A DNA stretch of 56,174 nt, counting the filler. It is 7 parts of 7 records of this genome, joined end to end, with 100 filler letters (N's around TTAATTAATTAA, not from the genome) between each part and the next. Parts side by side here need not be neighbours in the genome. Positions count along the whole stretch, not along the records: positions 1 to 7,975 come from SRR2962707_5584; positions 8,076 to 16,801 come from SRR2962707_5587; 5 more parts are not named here. One strand, written 5' to 3'. The translations under genes and the position numbers were made by a program. The notes beneath the pieces are model-generated. The model worked only from the letters and a program-made list of their open reading frames with translations, made no database searches and had not been told where the DNA came from. This document shows positions 1 to 9,600 of the stretch, piece after piece (positions within the stretch are counted from its first letter, which is position 1; every line of letters starts with the position of its first letter).

Positions 1-571
<571 letters not shown>

Positions 572-586
572 TACCCAGGAGTCCCG

Positions 587-1207
587 ATGAGCCAAAGCGC
601 CCGCTACCACCACGGCGACCTGCATGCCACGCTGCTGCGCGAAGCCGCCGTGCTGCTGCGCGAACAAGGCATAGAGGGGCTGTCACTCAGGCGTCTGGCG
701 GAGCGGGCCGGGGTTTCACGCACCGCGCCCTATCATCATTTCGCGGACAAGAACGCGCTGCTGTGCGCCCTGGCGGAACAAGGCTTCCGCAAGCTGGAAA
801 CACTGATGCAGGAGGAAGATCTGGAATCGGAACCGGCTCGGGGGCTGCGCCGCTTCGTCCACGCTTATTTGCGCTTCGCCAGCCAGGATCCGGAACAGTA
901 TGAATTGATGTTCGGCCGCACCCTGTGGAAAACCGGGCGCCCCACCGAATCGCTGACCCGGGTGGCCCACGGCTGTTTCCGCCGCTATATCGATCTGATG
1001 TACCGGCCGCCGCTGGCCTCCCGCCTGCCGCCGGGCATGGACCCGCTGCGCCTGGCCCAAGCCAGTTGGGCCACCCTGCACGGCCTGAGCCGGCTGCTGC
1101 TGGACGGCATCTACCTGGATCAGAATGACATGGAGGCGGTCAGCGATCAGGCGGTGGATCTGATGATCGCCGGCCTGCGCCTCGGCGAAGACGTCACCGG
1201 CGGGTAA
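587..1207 (+). CDS. TetR/AcrR family transcriptional regulator (YHHGDL, WHG-type C-terminal domain)
   Basis: YHHGDLH...LSLRRLAERAGVSRTAPYHHF helix-turn-helix; C-terminal WATLHG. ATG 587 follows AGGAG. Confidence 0.93.
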   Translation: MSQSARYHHGDLHATLLREAAVLLREQGIEGLSLRRLAERAGVSRTAPYHHFADKNALLCALAEQGFRKLETLMQEEDLESEPARGLRRFVHAYLRFASQDPEQYELMFGRTLWKTGRPTESLTRVAHGCFRRYIDLMYRPPLASRLPPGMDPLRLAQASWATLHGLSRLLLDGIYLDQNDMEAVSDQAVDLMIAGLRLGEDVTGG

Positions 1208-2516
1208 GCGGCCAGCACACCCGCGCCATCAGACCGCCAAGCGCTTCGCTGTGTCCCAGCGTCAATTCACCGCCGTAGGCCTCGGCGGTGTCACTGACGA
1301 TGGCCAGCCCGAGGCCGTGGCCGGCCACGCGCTGATCGAGGCGCTCGCCTCTGCGGATCACCTGATCGCGGCGCGCCGGTTCGATGCCGGGGCCGTCGTC
1401 CTCGACACTCAGCCACAACGCCTCGGGCTCCCGCCACAAACGCACCGATACCCGGCCTCGAGCCCACTTGCAGGCGTTGTCCATCAGATTACCCAGCACT
1501 TCCAGCATGTCATCCCGCTCCACCGGCTGCGGCGGCAGCTCGGTGCCCATCAGTTCGATGCGGCGGCCATCCCCGTAAACCTGGATCATGGTGTCCCGTA
1601 GCGCCACCAGGTCCTGGTCCGGGTGAAACAAGGTTCCGGGGGTGGCGCCTGCGGCCACCCTGGCCCGGTTCAATGCCCGGCGCACGGTGTCCTCCACCTG
1701 GGCCAATTGCTCATCCAGCAAACGGTACAGATCCGGATGCTCACGCCGCAGGTCTTCGTCGCAGCGGTTACGCAACACCGCCAAAGGCGTTTTCAAAGCG
1801 TGTCCGAGATCGCCAATGGCGTGGCGGGAACGGCGCAACTGCTGGTCGGTGTGGCCCAGTAACCGGTTCACTTCCTGCACCAGCGGCCGCAATTCCGTGG
1901 GTACATCGCAATCCAGCTCGGTGCGTTCACCGTCACGCAGTTGCTCAATCTGGCGGCGAGCCTCGTTGAGCGGCCGCAGGCCACGGCGGATCAACCAAAG
2001 TTGCGCCGCCGCCAGGCCGGACAGGATCAATACCCATGCCAGCAGGCTCACCGAGCGGGTATTGCGGAAATTTTCCAACTGCGGGGTGTAATCCTGGGCC
2101 ACTACGATAGCCACTTTATGGCCGTAAATTTCATAGTCACCACGATACCGCAACAACTGCTGGCCATCCGGGCCCGGCACCAGTTCATTGTCGAGACCAC
2201 GGCTTTCGGTGTCCGCCATGCGCTGATCCCAAAGGGATCGCGAACGCCAGATGTGGTCATCAAAAGACACCATGAAATAGCGGCCGGAAAACGGCTGGCG
2301 ATAGGCCGGATCCAGCATCGGCTGCTCCAGTTGCAGCCCGGACGGCCCTTGGGAAATCGCGGCCAGCACACTGACCGCTTCATCGCGCAAACTGGCGGTC
2401 ATCACTTGCCGTTGGCGTTGGTCCAGCCACCACAGCGCGCCCTGCCCCACCAGAATGCCGGCCAGCAACAGGCTGACGAACAAACTGACGCCAAGGCGGC
2501 CGGCAATGGAGGTCAC
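1194..2516 (-). CDS. bqsS: Sensor histidine kinase, BqsS/CarS-like
   Basis: Two TM segments, H-box [11 protein letters not shown]-box [11 protein letters not shown]1 EDDGPG, G2 GHGLGL. Periplasmic PFSGRYF...WRSRSLWD and the PepSY-PepSY-RR-HK order resemble P. aeruginosa bqsPQRS (recalled, not aligned). Confidence 0.85.
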   Translation of the reverse strand: MTSIAGRLGVSLFVSLLLAGILVGQGALWWLDQRQRQVMTASLRDEAVSVLAAISQGPSGLQLEQPMLDPAYRQPFSGRYFMVSFDDHIWRSRSLWDQRMADTESRGLDNELVPGPDGQQLLRYRGDYEIYGHKVAIVVAQDYTPQLENFRNTRSVSLLAWVLILSGLAAAQLWLIRRGLRPLNEARRQIEQLRDGERTELDCDVPTELRPLVQEVNRLLGHTDQQLRRSRHAIGDLGHALKTPLAVLRNRCDEDLRREHPDLYRLLDEQLAQVEDTVRRALNRARVAAGATPGTLFHPDQDLVALRDTMIQVYGDGRRIELMGTELPPQPVERDDMLEVLGNLMDNACKWARGRVSVRLWREPEALWLSVEDDGPGIEPARRDQVIRRGERLDQRVAGHGLGLAIVSDTAEAYGGELTLGHSEALGGLMARVCWPLTRR

Positions 2517-3181
2517 CGGGGCAATCCCGTGAAGACGTAGCCCTGCCCGCGCCGGGTCTGGATCACCGGCGCCCCCAGCTTGCGCCGTACGCGATTGATA
2601 TGAACCTCCAGCACATTGCTGTCCCGTTCACTCTCACCATCATAGAGATGATCGGCCAATTGCATCCGCGACAGCAGTTTGCCGGCGTTCAGCATGAAAT
2701 AACGCAGCAGCCGGAATTCGGCGCCGGTCAGCGCTATTTCCTTGCCTTCCAGCCAGGCGCTTTGCCGCTCCTCGTCCAGCTCCACGCCGCCCACGTTCAG
2801 ACAGGCCTGGTTGGCGTTGCCATGGCTACGGCGCAGCACCGCCTGCACTCGCAGCAGCAACTCCTCGGGATGAAACGGCTTGGTCAGATAATCATCGGCG
2901 CCGGCACGCAGACCATCCACCCGCTCCGCCCAGCTGTCCCGGGCGGTGAGGATCAACACCGGCACCGTGACGCCTTCCTCGCGCCATTGTTTCAACACGT
3001 CCAGGCCCCCCATGCCGGGCAGCCCCAGATCCAGAATCACCAGGTCATACGGGTCGTCATGCACGCGCACCAAGGCATCACGGCCATCCGCCAGCCAGTC
3101 CACCGCGTAACCGTGATCACGCAACAACGGATTGAGCTGGTCGGCCAGGGCCACGTTGTCTTCCACCAATAGCAGGCGCAT
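2513..3181 (-). CDS. bqsR: OmpR-family response regulator, BqsR/CarR-like
   Basis: [28 protein letters not shown], winged helix [15 protein letters not shown]...IQTRRGQGY. Coupled to the kinase by a GTGA overlap. Confidence 0.88.
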   Translation of the reverse strand: MRLLLVEDNVALADQLNPLLRDHGYAVDWLADGRDALVRVHDDPYDLVILDLGLPGMGGLDVLKQWREEGVTVPVLILTARDSWAERVDGLRAGADDYLTKPFHPEELLLRVQAVLRRSHGNANQACLNVGGVELDEERQSAWLEGKEIALTGAEFRLLRYFMLNAGKLLSRMQLADHLYDGESERDSNVLEVHINRVRRKLGAPVIQTRRGQGYVFTGLPR

Positions 3182-3489
3182 CAGTCGTCCACATCGTCCT
3201 TGAGAACGCTGCCGGTACGGGCGTCGAGCTCCAGCTCGCGTACCACACCATCCGGAGTCAGCAACTCGATTTCATAAATCAGATGACCGTCCTCGCGCTC
3301 CAATTCCGCCTCCAGCAATTGTCCGCCGGGGTACTGGCGCAGGGCTTCCGTCAGAATCTGTTCAAACGGCCGGATGCGGCCCTCCTGCCGCAGGCGCAAG
3401 GCTTCATCGTGCCCCACGTCCAGCGCCGGCAGCGAACCGCTCAAGACCAGCAGGGCGGCGGTTGCCGCCCCGCGGAGGGGTAAAGACAT
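3181..3489 (-). CDS. Exported PepSY-domain protein (BqsQ-like)
   Basis: Signal peptide, then [15 protein letters not shown]...[11 protein letters not shown] (PepSY). 1-bp overlaps with both neighbours. Confidence 0.88.
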   Translation of the reverse strand: MSLPLRGAATAALLVLSGSLPALDVGHDEALRLRQEGRIRPFEQILTEALRQYPGGQLLEAELEREDGHLIYEIELLTPDGVVRELELDARTGSVLKDDVDD

Positions 3490-3803
3490 CAGTCGTCCCG
3501 TTCGTTACGAATCACTTCACCGTTGGCGGCGTTCAGTTCAACGTCCCACTGTACGTTGTCCTGATCACGCAGCTCCACTTTGTAGACATAGCCGCCAAAC
3601 TCTTTTTCCAGCTCGGTTTCCTCGATTTTGGCGTTGGGATGCTGGTCCAGAGCCGCTTTATTCAACTCCTCGAAGGGCTTCACTTTGCCGTCCTGAACCA
3701 GTTTCATCGCCTGATCGGGCCCCACGTCGTCGGCGTAGGCGCCGGCGGTCAGGGTGGCGGTACCGAGAAACAGGGCGGTCAGAATCGCTTTCTTGGCTTG
3801 CAT
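3489..3803 (-). CDS. Exported PepSY-domain protein (BqsP-like)
   Basis: Signal peptide ending AYA, then IEETELEKE..YVYKVEL...WDVELNAANG. AAAGGAG RBS upstream. Confidence 0.88.
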   Translation of the reverse strand: MQAKKAILTALFLGTATLTAGAYADDVGPDQAMKLVQDGKVKPFEELNKAALDQHPNAKIEETELEKEFGGYVYKVELRDQDNVQWDVELNAANGEVIRNERDD

Positions 3804-3861
3804 GGGTTATCTCCTTTGAGTCACTTCCGTTGGGGTACGAAAGTCACTTTATTCGTCACCG

Positions 3862-3899
3862 CTTAACCTTCCCTGAATGGAATCTTAACCCATTGTTAA
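3862..3899 (-). promoter_or_regulatory. Four direct repeats at 11-bp period; BqsR/OmpR-type autoregulatory box
   Basis: Minus strand reads TTAAC-N6-TTAAG-N6-TTCAG-N6-TTAAG. A TAAAGT -10-like hexamer (3846-3851) follows, upstream of the PepSY operon. Confidence 0.75.
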
Positions 3900-4008
3900 G
3901 ACCGTCAACCCCCTTTACCCTCTTGCAAAATCCGCCACATCCGGTCACTTTGAGCCTTTTCCGGCAGCCCCGCCGCTGTCCAGACCGTCAAAGAACAAGA
4001 GCGATTCC

Positions 4009-4869
4009 ATGCATACCGATCTTTCCGATTTGCTGCAACTGCTTGACCTCACCGAACTGGAACCCGATCTCTACCAAGGCGAAGGCCGCAATATCGTTGG
4101 CCCCCGCATCTTCGGTGGCCAGGTGCTCGGCCAGGCACTGCGCGCGGCCTCCCACAGCGTACCCGGCCGCACCGCCCATTCCTTGCAGAGCTATTTTCTA
4201 CGCCCCGGAGACGCACGGGATGCGATTATCTACCGGGTGGAACGGGTGCGCGACGGCCAGACCTTCTCCACCCGCCGGGTGGTCGCGGAACAACGCGGCC
4301 GGCCGATCTTCGACCTGTCCGCCTCCTTTACCCTGCCGGCGGAAGGCCCTTCACACCAATGCGATGCACCGGTCCCCGAAGGCCCGGACGGCCTGCTCAC
4401 CGAACAGGAGCTGAATCGGCGCTATCTGGAGCATGAGGATATCTCGGAGAACTTCCGCAACGCCATGCTGAGAAGAAAGCCGCTGGAGATGCGGCCGGTG
4501 GTGAAACGCCATCCACTGCGCCCGGAACCGGCACCGCCCTTGCGCCAGGTGTGGATGCGCGCGCCGGAAACTCTGCCGGAGGATCCGGTGCTGCACCAGT
4601 GCATTCTCGCCTACGTCAGTGATCACAGCCTGATGGGTACGGCGATGCTGCCCCATGGCCTGAGCTTCCTCACCCGTGACCATCAGATGGCGAGCCTGGA
4701 CCACGCCCTGTGGTTCCACCGCCCGGTGAATATCAATGACTGGCTGTTCTATCAGAGCGACAGTCCCATCGCCACCGATGGCCGCGGCTTCAATCGCGGT
4801 CAGATTTTCAATCAGCGGGGGGAACTGGTGGCCTCGGTGGCCCAGGAAGGGTTGATGCGGAAGATGTAA
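4009..4869 (+). CDS. tesB: Acyl-CoA thioesterase II
   Basis: RIFGGQVLGQAL, HSLQSYFLRPGD, RDGQTFSTRRV, LAYVSD, ASLDHALWFH, VASVAQEGL. Confidence 0.95.
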   Translation: MHTDLSDLLQLLDLTELEPDLYQGEGRNIVGPRIFGGQVLGQALRAASHSVPGRTAHSLQSYFLRPGDARDAIIYRVERVRDGQTFSTRRVVAEQRGRPIFDLSASFTLPAEGPSHQCDAPVPEGPDGLLTEQELNRRYLEHEDISENFRNAMLRRKPLEMRPVVKRHPLRPEPAPPLRQVWMRAPETLPEDPVLHQCILAYVSDHSLMGTAMLPHGLSFLTRDHQMASLDHALWFHRPVNINDWLFYQSDSPIATDGRGFNRGQIFNQRGELVASVAQEGLMRKM

Positions 4870-4876
4870 CGCGCCT

Positions 4877-4927
4877 GTCGCGGTCCTTTCCTGTTATGGA
4901 GAGGCTCCTTATGGAGAGGACCGCGAC
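4877..4927. terminator. Inverted repeat between convergent tesB and thiolase; likely bidirectional terminator
   Basis: GTCGCGGTCCTTTCC ... GGAGAGGACCGCGAC arms; TTATGGAGAGG occurs twice within the element. Confidence 0.6.
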
Positions 4928-4938
4928 GTCTTTCCTTA

Positions 4939-6225
4939 TTACTTCTCGACGATCGCCACCACGCCCTGCCCACCGGCGGCGCAAATGGAGATCAGGCAAC
5001 GGCCGGAGCCTTTCTGGTTCAGCAGCTTGGCGGCATTGGCCAGAATCCGCCCGCCGGTGGCGGCGAACGGGTGGCCGGCGGCCAGTGAAGAGCCCTTCAC
5101 GTTGAGTTTGTTACGGTCGATGCTGCCCAGCGGCTTGTCCAACCCGAGCCGCTCCTTGCAGAAGGTTTCGTCTTCCCACGCTTTCAGAGTGCTCAGCACC
5201 TGGGAGGCGAAAGCCTCGTGGATTTCATAGAAATCGAAATCCTGCAGGGTCAGACCGGCGCGGGCCAGCATGCGCGGTACCGCGTAAGCCGGCGCCAGCA
5301 ACAGCCCTTCTTTCTTGCCAACAAAATCCACAGCCGCCACTTCGCAGTGGGTGATGTACGCCTGCACCGGCAGACCGCGCTCCTCGGCCCACTGTTCGGA
5401 AGCCAGCAGCACCGCGGACGCTCCGTCGGTCAAGGGCGTGGAGTTGGCGGCGGTCATGGTGCCTTCCGGCCCGCCGAACACCGGCTTCAAGGTCGCCAGT
5501 TTTTCCAGGGTGGAATCGCCACGCATGTTATTGTCGCGCTCCAGGCCCTTGAACGGCGTGATCAGGTCTTCCTGCCAGCCTTCCTCATAGGATTTGGCCA
5601 GATTCTGGTGGGAGCGCCAGGCCAGCTCATCCTGATCCTCGCGGCTGATGCCCCATTCGGCGGCGGTGATCGCCTGATGCTCGCCCATGGACAGGCCGGT
5701 GCGCGGCTCGGCGTTCCGGGGAATGTCCGGCACGATCATCTTCGGGTTGAGCAGTTTCAGCGCCGCTTTGATTTTCTCGCCATTGGTCTTCGCCTTGTTG
5801 ATGTTCATGAACACCTTGCGGGCGTCCTCGTTCACACCCAGCGGTGCGTCGGAGGTGGTGTCCACGCCACCGGCGATGGCGCTGTCGATTTGCCCCAGCG
5901 CAATTTTGTTGGCCACCAGAATGGCGGCTTCCAGGCCGGTGCCACAGGCCTGCTGCAGGTCATAGGCCGGGGTTTCCGGCGCCAGACGGGAGCCCAGCAC
6001 GGACTCGCGCACCAGATTGAAATCCCGGGAGTGCTTCATCACCGCGCCGGCGGCCACTTCGCCAACCCGCTCGCCCTGCAGCTTGAAGCGATCGACCAGG
6101 CCGTTGAGGGCGGCGGTGAGCATGTCCTGGTTGCTTGCGCCGAAATACACCGTATTGGAACGGGCAAAGGGAATCCGGTTACCCCCCACCACGGCCACCT
6201 TGCGAACCGCGTCGCCTGCCAGCAT
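4939..6225 (-). CDS. Acetyl-CoA C-acyltransferase (thiolase, FadA2/FadI-like HEAF type)
   Basis: GGNRIPFARS, catalytic QACGTGL, EIHEAFA, GHPFAATG, CAAGGQG. Start placed at ATG 6225 after GGAGGA. Confidence 0.95.
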   Translation of the reverse strand: MLAGDAVRKVAVVGGNRIPFARSNTVYFGASNQDMLTAALNGLVDRFKLQGERVGEVAAGAVMKHSRDFNLVRESVLGSRLAPETPAYDLQQACGTGLEAAILVANKIALGQIDSAIAGGVDTTSDAPLGVNEDARKVFMNINKAKTNGEKIKAALKLLNPKMIVPDIPRNAEPRTGLSMGEHQAITAAEWGISREDQDELAWRSHQNLAKSYEEGWQEDLITPFKGLERDNNMRGDSTLEKLATLKPVFGGPEGTMTAANSTPLTDGASAVLLASEQWAEERGLPVQAYITHCEVAAVDFVGKKEGLLLAPAYAVPRMLARAGLTLQDFDFYEIHEAFASQVLSTLKAWEDETFCKERLGLDKPLGSIDRNKLNVKGSSLAAGHPFAATGGRILANAAKLLNQKGSGRCLISICAAGGQGVVAIVEK

Positions 6226-6446
6226 AGTCAAATCCTCCACAATGGCGTTTCCGCCAAGATTAACAGATGAGCGCAGTCTATCGTTCCGTTGACGCGCCTC
6301 ATTGGCTACGGCGCCCCTGGCGTTTCCCAGGCGGGTCAATCCGCGTGTCACGGACGGGTGATTCAATACGCAGCCAACAGTGACCCGCAAGCGTGTTCCG
6401 CACCGAGGGTCGACATTCCGTACATCGCACGGCGAAGGACAGGATC

Positions 6447-7865
6447 ATGAACGATACCTATCAGACGATTGCCAACTCTTCCGTGGGCAAGGCCCTTTTC
6501 AACGCCATCAATCTGCCGATCCCGGTGATCCTGGAGCGCTGGCAGCCAGGCCAGGCGTCGTTCATCGATGGCCGCGTGCTGGTGGGTGCCGCCGAGGGCG
6601 GCAGTGCCATGGATACCATCCTGGCCACCCTGAAAGCCGCTCCCGGCGCGCAACTGGCGGTACTGGCCAACAACGGCAACGCCAGCGAGCTGCAAAAGCA
6701 GGCGGCCGCCGCCGGTGTCAACGCCGACAATTACACCGCCACCCGTGAAGACGATACCCGCTTCAAAGGGCTGGTGTTCGACGCCACCGGCATCGAGAAT
6801 CCGGATCAGTTGAAAGCACTGTGGGCCTTTTTCCACCCGGTTATCAAGAAGCTGGACAAATGCGCCCGGGTGCTGGTGATCGGCCGCACCCCGGAAACGC
6901 TGAGCGGTGCCGCCCGGGTCGCCCAACGGGGCCTGGAAGGCTTTACCCGTTCGGTCGGCAAGGAAATCAAACGCGGCGCCACGGTTCAGTTGATTTACGC
7001 CGAAGCCGGCGCCGAGAGCCAGCTCGCCGCGCCGCTGCAGTTCTTCCTGTCGCCGAAATCCGCCTATGTTTCCGGTCAGGTGGTGCGCGTCCGCCAGGCC
7101 GGCTTCGATGCCGAGGGCTTTGACTGGCAACGCCCGCTGGCCGGTAAAAAAGCCCTGGTCACCGGCGGCTCCCGGGGCATCGGCGCCGCCATCGCCCGGG
7201 TCCTGGCCCGCGACGGCGCCGAGGTGATCGTGCTGGATATTCCGCCCATGGCGGAGGACCTGAACAAAGTGGCCGGCGAAATCGGCGGCCATACCCTGGA
7301 ACTGGACATTACCAGCGATGAAGCACCGGGGATTATCGCCCGGACCGCCAAGGAGCACGGCGGGCTGGATATCCTGGTGCACAACGCCGGGGTCACCCGC
7401 GACAAGATGCTCGGCAATATGCCGGAAAACCTCTGGGACATGGTGCTGAATATCAATATCGCCAGCCAGTTGCGCATCAATGAACAATTACTGGCGGACG
7501 GCGCCATGGGCGAAGGCGGCCGCATCGTCTCGATCAGCTCCATCGCCGGCATCGCCGGCAACACCGGCCAGACCAACTACGGCTGCTCCAAGGCCGCGGT
7601 GATCGGCATGGTGGACGCTTATCGCGAGGAATACGCGAACCAGGGCATCACCATCAACGCGGTGGCACCGGGTTTCATCGAAACGCAGATGACCGCGGCG
7701 ATCCCGTTCACCATCCGCGAGGCCGGGCGGCGCATGAACGCCATGAATCAGGGCGGCCAGCCGGTGGATGTGGCGGAAACCATCGCCTTCTTCGCCAGCC
7801 CCGCCGCCCAGGGCCTGACCGGCAATGTGGTCCGCGTGTGCGGGCAAATGATGCTCGGCGCCTGA
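6447..7865 (+). CDS. fabG: High-molecular-weight 3-oxoacyl-ACP/CoA reductase (FabG4-type SDR)
   Basis: About 220-aa N-terminal extension, then TGGSRGIG, HNAGVTRD, GQTNYGCSK (YxxxK), NAVAPGFIET. Divergent from the thiolase, as in fadA2-fabG4 loci. Confidence 0.92.
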   Translation: MNDTYQTIANSSVGKALFNAINLPIPVILERWQPGQASFIDGRVLVGAAEGGSAMDTILATLKAAPGAQLAVLANNGNASELQKQAAAAGVNADNYTATREDDTRFKGLVFDATGIENPDQLKALWAFFHPVIKKLDKCARVLVIGRTPETLSGAARVAQRGLEGFTRSVGKEIKRGATVQLIYAEAGAESQLAAPLQFFLSPKSAYVSGQVVRVRQAGFDAEGFDWQRPLAGKKALVTGGSRGIGAAIARVLARDGAEVIVLDIPPMAEDLNKVAGEIGGHTLELDITSDEAPGIIARTAKEHGGLDILVHNAGVTRDKMLGNMPENLWDMVLNINIASQLRINEQLLADGAMGEGGRIVSISSIAGIAGNTGQTNYGCSKAAVIGMVDAYREEYANQGITINAVAPGFIETQMTAAIPFTIREAGRRMNAMNQGGQPVDVAETIAFFASPAAQGLTGNVVRVCGQMMLGA

Positions 7866-7874
7866 TCCAATACC

Positions 7875-7907
7875 GGACCGGGGGCTTCCCCGGTCCCTCC
7901 TCTTTTT
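7875..7907 (+). terminator. Rho-independent terminator
   Basis: GGACCGGGG-GCTT-CCCCGGTCC stem followed closely by TCTTTTT. Confidence 0.75.
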
Positions 7908-7939
7908 ACCTGCCTTGGAGAGATACATTCGGAGGCCGC

Positions 7940-7975
7940 TGTAGGAGCGCAATCTGTGGGAGCCAGCCTGCTGGC
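7940..7975. repeat. REP-like element at contig end
   Basis: TGTAGGAGCG and TGTGGGAGCCAGCCTGCTGGC (GCCAGC/GCTGGC palindrome) resemble gammaproteobacterial GTAG/GTGG REPs. The contig breaks here. Confidence 0.55.
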
Positions 7976-8075
7976 NNNNNNNNNNNNNNNNNNNNNNNNN
8001 NNNNNNNNNNNNNNNNNNNTTAATTAATTAANNNNNNNNNNNNNNNNNNNNNNNNNNNNNNNNNNNNNNNNNNNN
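7976..8075. other. Artificial contig-joining spacer
   Basis: 44 N + TTAATTAATTAA (stops in six frames) + 44 N. Confidence 0.99.
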
Positions 8076-8101
8076 GAGAGAGAGAGAGAGAGAGAGAGAG
8101 A
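8076..8101. repeat. (GA)n microsatellite at contig start
   Basis: Pure GA run, apparently intronic: an AG acceptor follows at 8131-8132. Confidence 0.9.
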
Positions 8102-8132
8102 TGCGTCGATTCACAAGTGATTATGCCTGTAG

Positions 8133-9550
8133 GTGCTGGTCCAAGTTTTCGCGGCTGGAGTGAACCCGGTCGAGACGTACATACGGTCCGGCAACTATGA
8201 TGGGCTACCCCAGCTGCCTTGGATCCCTGGGAACGACGGAGCTGGAATCATCAGGGCTCTTGGGCAAGGCGTGGCGGAATTGATGCCGATGTTGATGGTG
8301 GGCGACAGGGTCTGGGTCTCCAAATCGGTGACGGGTCCGTGTGCAGGTGGTGATCACCACAGTGCGACAACGTTTCGTTTTTTTCCTCAGTGACGCGCAA
8401 TGTCCGTGCAATCACTTTGCATAATGTGGGCTCTCCGTGTGCGAATAGGCACTTACGCACAGTTCACGGTTGCGGATGCCTTTGACGTGAAGCGCCTGCC
8501 TCAGCAAATGTCGTTCGAACAAGGAGCAGCCGTGTCTGTTGCCTTCAGAACGGCGTACAAGGCTCTGGTTGTTCGTGGACGCATCGAAGCTGGGCAAACA
8601 GTGTTGGTGCACGGTGGATCAGGCGGTGTTGGTCTCGCTGCTGTCCAGCTTGCAAAAGTGCTTGGCGCCAGCAGAATAGCTGCAACAGCGGGAACCCAAA
8701 GAGGCCGACGGTTGCTCAGAGAGCATGGAGCCGACGTGGTTTTTGATCACCGCGACAGGTTCGTGGAGCGCCCTTCTGCGGTTCGTTGGGCGCCATACTT
8801 GTTTTTATTGTGGACCTTCCTGACGCTGCTCTGTCATGGCATTCACCGCTTGTTCGTGATTTTGCAAGCCCCGCATACTTGGCTTCTCTGCGCAAGTATT
8901 CCTCAACCAACGGAGGGTTTGATTTAATTGTAGAGATGCTGGCAAACGTGAACTTGGGACATGATCTCGAATTGCTCTCTCAAAACGGAGTGGTTTTGGT
9001 TGTGGGTAGTCGGGGAGAAGTGCTCATTAATCCCCGCGATTTAATGCGACGAAATGCTCAAATCAAGTGAGGCTTCTCGAGCTCCTTTTCGCTTGCAATG
9101 ATTCACAATGCATGCTTTCGACTGCCCCTGACATGCGTGTGGTGGTTTGTGGCGCGGTGTTGCAGGGGCGTTCTCGGTGGCACTCCCGAAGAAGAGCATC
9201 GCACATTGCAGGGAGTGGCTGCGATTGTGGCAACCGGTGCCGTAGCGCCTGTGGTGGGCGTATCCCTTCCACTTGAACGAGCTGCTGAGTCGCATGTAGA
9301 AGTATTAGATCACGACATGACAGGTGGCGGTGCGCTGGGCAAAGTCGTTCTCCTGCCGTTTCCATGGAGCGCAGATACGCAAGCTCTTCGCGAGCGAAAC
9401 GACATCGAGCGTCGCATGGGTGGACCTAGGAACGTCAATCGAACGGCCTCCCAAGCATTGAAAGCGGAACGCGCTGCTGCCAACGGGGACGAGGATGGCG
9501 CCACTGGGCCACACAGTGGTGACTCGACAAACATCATGCGGGAACTGTAG
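8133..9550 (+). CDS. CRYZ: Zeta-crystallin-type NADPH:quinone oxidoreductase (MDR family); 5'-partial, 4 visible exons
   Basis: AAGVNPVETYIRSG, PWIPGNDGAG, G|TYAQ, VLVHGGSGGVGLAAVQLA, IVEMLANVNLGHDL, INPRDLM, GALGKVVL. GT-AG introns near 8335-8448, 8759-8868 and 9067-9165 join the frames. About 60-aa C-terminal extension. Confidence 0.9.
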
Positions 9551-9600
9551 TTCACGCTGAAGACGTGTCTAACGTTATCACAACAACGTCAAGACGGACG

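Noticed and set aside
1194-1207. 14-bp tail-to-tail overlap of tetR and the kinase gene
   Set aside because: Short convergent overlaps are common in bacteria; no sign of functional coupling.
8020-8031. TTAATTAATTAA palindrome recurring six times
   Set aside because: Always centred in 44+44 Ns; a synthetic six-frame stop linker.
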